Source: an uncultured Gemmatimonadota bacterium
GTDB lineage: Bacteria; Gemmatimonadota; CAZMKB01; CAZNLH01
Assembly (NCBI GenBank): GCA_964442125.1
Contig: CAYTWO010000004.1
Span: 1-57,117 of the forward strand
Reading direction: 5' to 3'
DNA length: 57,117 bases
Of the stretch, positions 56,778 to 57,117 are shown one piece after another. The notes below the pieces were generated by a model. That model was given only the letters and a program-made list of their open reading frames with translations, was not told the origin of the DNA and ran no database searches. The translations under genes were made by a program, and so were the position numbers. How positions within the stretch are numbered: position 1 is the first letter of the stretch; every line of letters starts with the position of its first letter.

Positions 56778-56852
56778 GCTGGCGTAGCTCAACGGTAGAG
56801 CAGCTGATTTGTAATCAGCAGGTTGCGGGTTCGACTCCCATCGCCAGCTCCA
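56778..56852 (+). tRNA. tRNA-Thr (anticodon UGU), CCA encoded
   Basis: Acceptor GCTGGCG/CGCCAGC, D arm GCTC-AACGGTA-GAGC, anticodon arm GCTGA-TTTGTAA-TCAGC and T loop TTCGACT. There is one C-A mismatch in the T stem. Confidence 0.85.
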
Positions 56853-56924
56853 GGATCAACAAAAAACCCTACAGTTAATCACCGCTATTTATTAAGGTAG
56901 AGGTGTTTTTATTGGTTTTTTTCT

Positions 56925-57009
56925 GGAGGGGTTCCCGAGTGGCCAAAGGGGGCAGACTGTAAATCTGTTGGCTCAGCCTTCGGAGGTTCGAATCCTCCCC
57001 CCTCCACCA
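56925..57009 (+). tRNA. tRNA-Tyr (anticodon GUA), class II long variable arm, CCA encoded
   Basis: Acceptor GGAGGGG/CCCCTCC, anticodon loop CTGTAAA, long variable arm and T arm GGAGG-TTCGAAT-CCTCC. Confidence 0.9.
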
Positions 57010-57055
57010 CTCAGGATTATGTTATTGAAATTAGGACGAGTACCACGCGGGAATA

Positions 57056-57117
57056 GCTCAGATGGCTAGAGCATCAGCCTTCCAAGCTGAGGGTCGCGGG
57101 TTCGAATCCCGTTTCCC
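57056..57117 (+). tRNA. tRNA-Gly (anticodon UCC), 3' end truncated by window edge
   Basis: GCGGGAATAGCTCAGATGGCTAGAGCATCAGCCTTCCAAGCTGAGGGTCGCGGGTTCGAATCCCGTTTCCC. The anticodon loop is CTTCCAA and the last acceptor bases lie beyond the window. Confidence 0.88.

Overview
This 57.1-kb chromosomal window comes from a diderm bacterium. All calls rest on reading the sequence and ORF translations and recognising motifs from memory; no searches were run. The gene content fits an uncultivated FCB-superphylum-like lineage, but taxonomy is only a guess. The supporting features are a short RpoD-type sigma factor with an RVPLNR motif, an OmpA-type barrel with thrombospondin-type-3 repeats, an MglA-like GTPase and sigma-54 signalling genes.

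About 50 protein genes are present and most are housekeeping. In order:
- mnmA, then a TolC / HlyD-adaptor / MacB-type ATPase / two FtsX-permease efflux operon.
- A CPBP protease and a Crp/Fnr regulator.
- A giant NtrY-like histidine kinase of 1497 aa.
- dnaX-ybaB-recR-(MglA-like GTPase)-pgsA-pgpA-cinA-thpR.
- A sigma-54 response regulator, a class-III aminotransferase, lepB and the rpoD-like sigma gene.
- A module of a bitopic membrane protein, an ABC ATPase and a PAS-GAF histidine kinase.
- A TSP3-repeat outer-membrane protein and uppP.
- A GGDEF-STAND(AAA_16)-TPR protein and a GAF (fRMsr-like) protein.
- fcl and a methyltransferase-GT2 fusion.
- acs and a four-gene 2-oxoacid dehydrogenase operon.
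- A cupin, tRNA-Leu, smpB, an amidase and a TPR protein.
- pyrK-pyrD-rlpA-pyrF, a hypothetical protein, cysS and a tRNA Thr-Tyr-Gly cluster cut by the window end.

I see no CRISPR array, prophage, transposase, reverse transcriptase or recognisable defence island.

The signals not explained by ordinary genes are:
1. A family of about 170-bp MITE-like elements with terminal inverted repeats and an internal terminator-like hairpin. It is present as at least 7 copies or fragments. One locus has three different miniature elements nested in each other. Two half-copies bracket the sigma gene. One solo-TIR hairpin acts as the apparent pyrF terminator.
2. A degenerate MglA-like GTPase translationally coupled between recR and pgsA.
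3. A diguanylate-cyclase-STAND-TPR fusion.
4. An ABC ATPase with no permease, coupled to an orphan histidine kinase.
5. A 680-bp AT-rich non-coding stretch with a small coupled ORF upstream of cysS.

None of these can be shown to be a new system from sequence alone, and the interest scores reflect that.
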